From NCBI RefSeq assembly GCF_000143415.4, contig NW_003314350.1, forward strand, positions 186,001 to 250,000: a DNA stretch of 64,000 nucleotides. Reading direction: 5' to 3'. The notes beneath the pieces are model-generated. The model made no database searches. It saw nothing but the letters and a program-made list of their open reading frames with translations, and was not told where the DNA came from. Source of the DNA: Selaginella moellendorffii (lineage: Eukaryota; Plantae; Lycopodiophyta). This document shows positions 61,120-64,000 of the stretch, in pieces; position 1 is the stretch's first letter; every line of letters starts with the position of its first letter. Both the position numbers and the translations under genes were made by a program.

Positions 61120-63069
61120 CAATAGAACGGGCATAGGACATTCGTTCGGAGAACCAAGCATCATTTAAAAATGATGAATCTTTTTGTAATTTTTGCAGAT
61201 AGCACAAAACCATTATTAATAGTACGGGATCCAAACAATTTAGAAACACAGAGACAAAAATATTGCAGGTTGTAGTTAGAAGTCTAAGTTGACACGCTCG
61301 CTTACACCTAAGAGAACGAAAAGCTTGTCAAGCGGAAGGAATAAAGATCAAAAGCTTACCTCCACGAGAAAACCTCACGTTAATCCATGGGGCTAGCATG
61401 CCCACCATCAGGTGCGAACTACCAAACTTTCCTTCGAGTCCAGCGCCGCACTCACTGGCCAATCAGGGTACCCGAGTACAACTTGAGCTCTCCCACTGAG
61501 ATGGCTGCAAAGCCGCTTTCAAAGCTCGGCATCCCCCATGCCTGTTCAAGGCAACAGACTTTAAACACACGACAAAAACTCACCTTGGAGCAACCGGCCA
61601 ACAGGGTGCGACCCATCCGGAATCGTAATGTCCTCCGATAACAAGGATGCTCTCCAGGCTGCAAACTTATCCCGAACCTCCTGCGTGGTGAAGGCGCGTG
61701 TGAACTCTTCCGAGATCGGCTCTGTGGGTGAGTCAGGGAACTAATGCAGAGAAGCTTCAACCAGCTGGTTTCCCTTGACCTGCACATATTCATCGATCTC
61801 AGAAATGGCATATCGCCATTCCCTCATATCCATGGCATACAGAAAACAAACAGAAATTGATTTCAAAACACGAAACACGAAACTGGTACATACATGAAGA
61901 TATGTTGGAGGTCTTGCTTGCTTCCCTAAGCTAGCAGTGATCCACGTACACGAAAACCTGTACCAGATCTTAGCGCAGATGTCAGATACTAACCAGCTTT
62001 ACATACCTGTAGCAGATTGCGGTGCTTCACATCAAATTCCCAATCTTAGTGTACGCACATCCAGGATCGAGGTGGTGAACGCTAGAATGCCTGAATGCCA
62101 ATCAAGCTCGGCCTGTTCCTCCTCAGAGGAGGTGACATTGTTAGTAGGTTGATCAATGCCATCATGTGGAAACTCCAGGTCCAGAAAAACGGCCTCCTCA
62201 TCCTGTGCCTCCTCATCCTCCTCCAACTCTAAGCCCATTTCTAACTGGAACTCCCCTCACTCTGGTTCCTGCTCATCGTGCTTACACTCTGCCTTGTACA
62301 GCATGAAAAGGGCAAATGAACACAAGAGCCTAGAGAAAATGCTTGCCGGCCCTTGTCTTGGAAAACCAATGTGGCGTACACCTCCAACCACATGCACGGC
62401 GCTCTCCCTTCCTGGAAACCTCTTTCGATTATACCTGGAATGTCGAGAAACTTAGACACAAGACGAGGCCAAGAATCCTTACCGATTCTTGGAGGCGTGG
62501 CATCTGGGATCTGTTCGATCAGCCTGTACCTCTTCTTAAATTGCTCTTTAGTAATCTTGCTAGGTGACACTTGGAATAGTGGTGTTTCTTGCTGTAGCGC
62601 TGCGAGTTGTGCTGTGGGAGCAACTCCTTGAGCAGAGCCCTAATGCGTTCCAAAAACGAACCAAAACCTGCATCCCTCTGTTTCTTATGAGCTGCCCCCC
62701 TCCACCTCTTCTGACTTTGGTGCCTCTCTTTTGGTGATGACGGCATTGCCGTATATGATCGAGGTCACGGACTTGCCCCGAGGATGGGTGATTCCACCTC
62801 GATTTTCGATCTGACATTGCTTGCCACAATCTACATGGAATCAAGGAGTTTGAAACAATGCTTTAGCAAACTCTTAAGCTTTTGAAGTTTAGACAAAGGC
62901 CATCGAGCTCAAAGAACCTAGACATTAAAGGTTCTTGGAAGGATAGTGAGAACTTGGATCACTGTCACAACCTTGCAATCCTTTGAGACAGCCCAGATGT
63001 TCGGAATGTTGAAAGCCTAAGAAACATATGGTAAATGGGCCCCATGCATATACTAATATTCCGCTGCTG

Positions 63070-63131
63070 TTGCAGAAGAATGATCTGAACAATCCAAAGA
63101 GTAGCAGTAGCAACACTGCAGCCTGATGCAT
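63070..63131 (-). pseudogene. 5' fragment of the MES gene, fused into the 68-aa chimeric ORF 62925-63131
   Basis: MHQAAVLLLLLFGLFRSFFCN followed by spacer-derived residues. Confidence 0.85.
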
Positions 63132-64000
63132 CTCCTTAGTGCACTCACTGGGAAAGTCACCAAATTGGAGAAGCTGAACAAGCTGCTGCTTACCGTTAAA
63201 TCAAAGGGCAATTGCTACACCAAGCATATATATTAAAAAAGAGATGCTGGAGCTGTCAACGTGGAAAGCAAGGGAGCAAACTGTAAGGCTTTTTCTATTA
63301 TGACTTTCCAATTTATGATAAAATGTGGCAAGTCCAATTTATTAGAAAGAGTGTCAACCGTTTGTTCCTAGCTTAGTAAACCCCTAACCATGCGCTTGCC
63401 ATGTTTGGGGACAACATTACTGTTGCAATGACTCTTAACCAAGCTTGTGCTGTTAAGCTTCAAGAGACCCTCGTGGTAGTAAGAAGCTGCCAAGTCACAC
63501 CAAGTCACAGTTACCCAATGTGCAGGTCAACGGCCTCCTTGATGGGCGGCCTGGCCTGAATCGACGAGCAGTGCACTCCATGGATCTAGCCGCCAGTGGT
63601 GTCATCCATCCGGCATGGCCGCTCCAAGAGCTTTATACAGAAGTTGATCTATAATAATCATGACTTTAATTTGACAACTAAACTTGACCATATACCTTTT
63701 AAAAATTCTAGATTATTCATTACAATCCATACGTTATTCATTTAAATCTCTTATAAAAATGAATAAACCAAAAAACCATATTGTATTTAATAGTTTACTT
63801 TGAAATTATGCTAGATTAAACTGTATACTAGTTTAAGAGAAACAAACTGGACTACAATTTGGTAAATCACGAGTATACTAATTTAAATATAGACTATCTC
63901 TGGTTTCTAGGAAATCTGTAATTAAGGAACCAGAATCCTGTTCTAAACGTGAAACGTTCAAGTTGGTAGGACCGATAAATTGCATGGACCAGATAACTGT

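Larger units (their letters stand above)
29799..64000. repeat. Tandem segmental array of at least 6 units. Approximate bounds: 29799-36992, 36993-45121, 45122-52245, 52246-59459, 59460-63069, 63070 to beyond the window
   Basis: The same ordered blocks recur: MES 5' fragment and promoter, AT-rich block, oxygenase gene, decayed spacer gene. Unit 5 lacks the MES piece. Unit 6 is cut by the window edge inside the oxygenase promoter. Confidence 0.95.

Noticed and set aside
29799-64000. LTR retrotransposon or CRISPR-like interpretation of the repeats
   Set aside because: No gag/RT/integrase motifs, TG..CA termini or short repeat-spacer structure were seen. The units are kb-scale segmental duplications.

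Overview
Eukaryotic plant nuclear DNA with very short introns and tight gene packing. It carries PPR genes and a ciliary gene (CEP104), which points to a flagellate-sperm land plant, most consistent with the lycophyte Selaginella (inference). The first ~30 kb is an ordinary gene-dense block: PLS-E PPR, ORC3, nsLTP, SRF LRR kinase, Serinc, HOP2, AHA1, an unassigned protein, CEP104, strictosidine-synthase-like, P-class PPR and a methylesterase (MES). From ~29.8 kb to the window end is a tandem array of ~3.6-8.1 kb units. Each unit carries an intact, intronless 347-aa gene resembling the fungal/bacterial MpaB/DUF2236 (latex clearing protein-like) heme oxygenases. There are five complete copies plus the promoter of a sixth. 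The duplicated unit starts inside exon 1 of the divergently oriented MES gene and ends in a decayed multi-exon gene relic. The spacers have accumulated deletions and a micro-inversion while all oxygenase ORFs stay intact. The main candidate for a new system is a probably horizontally acquired, dosage-amplified prenyl/isoprenoid-cleaving oxygenase, paired head-to-head with a signal-peptide-bearing methylesterase. All family assignments come from motif recognition, not database searches. Exon boundaries were read by eye.
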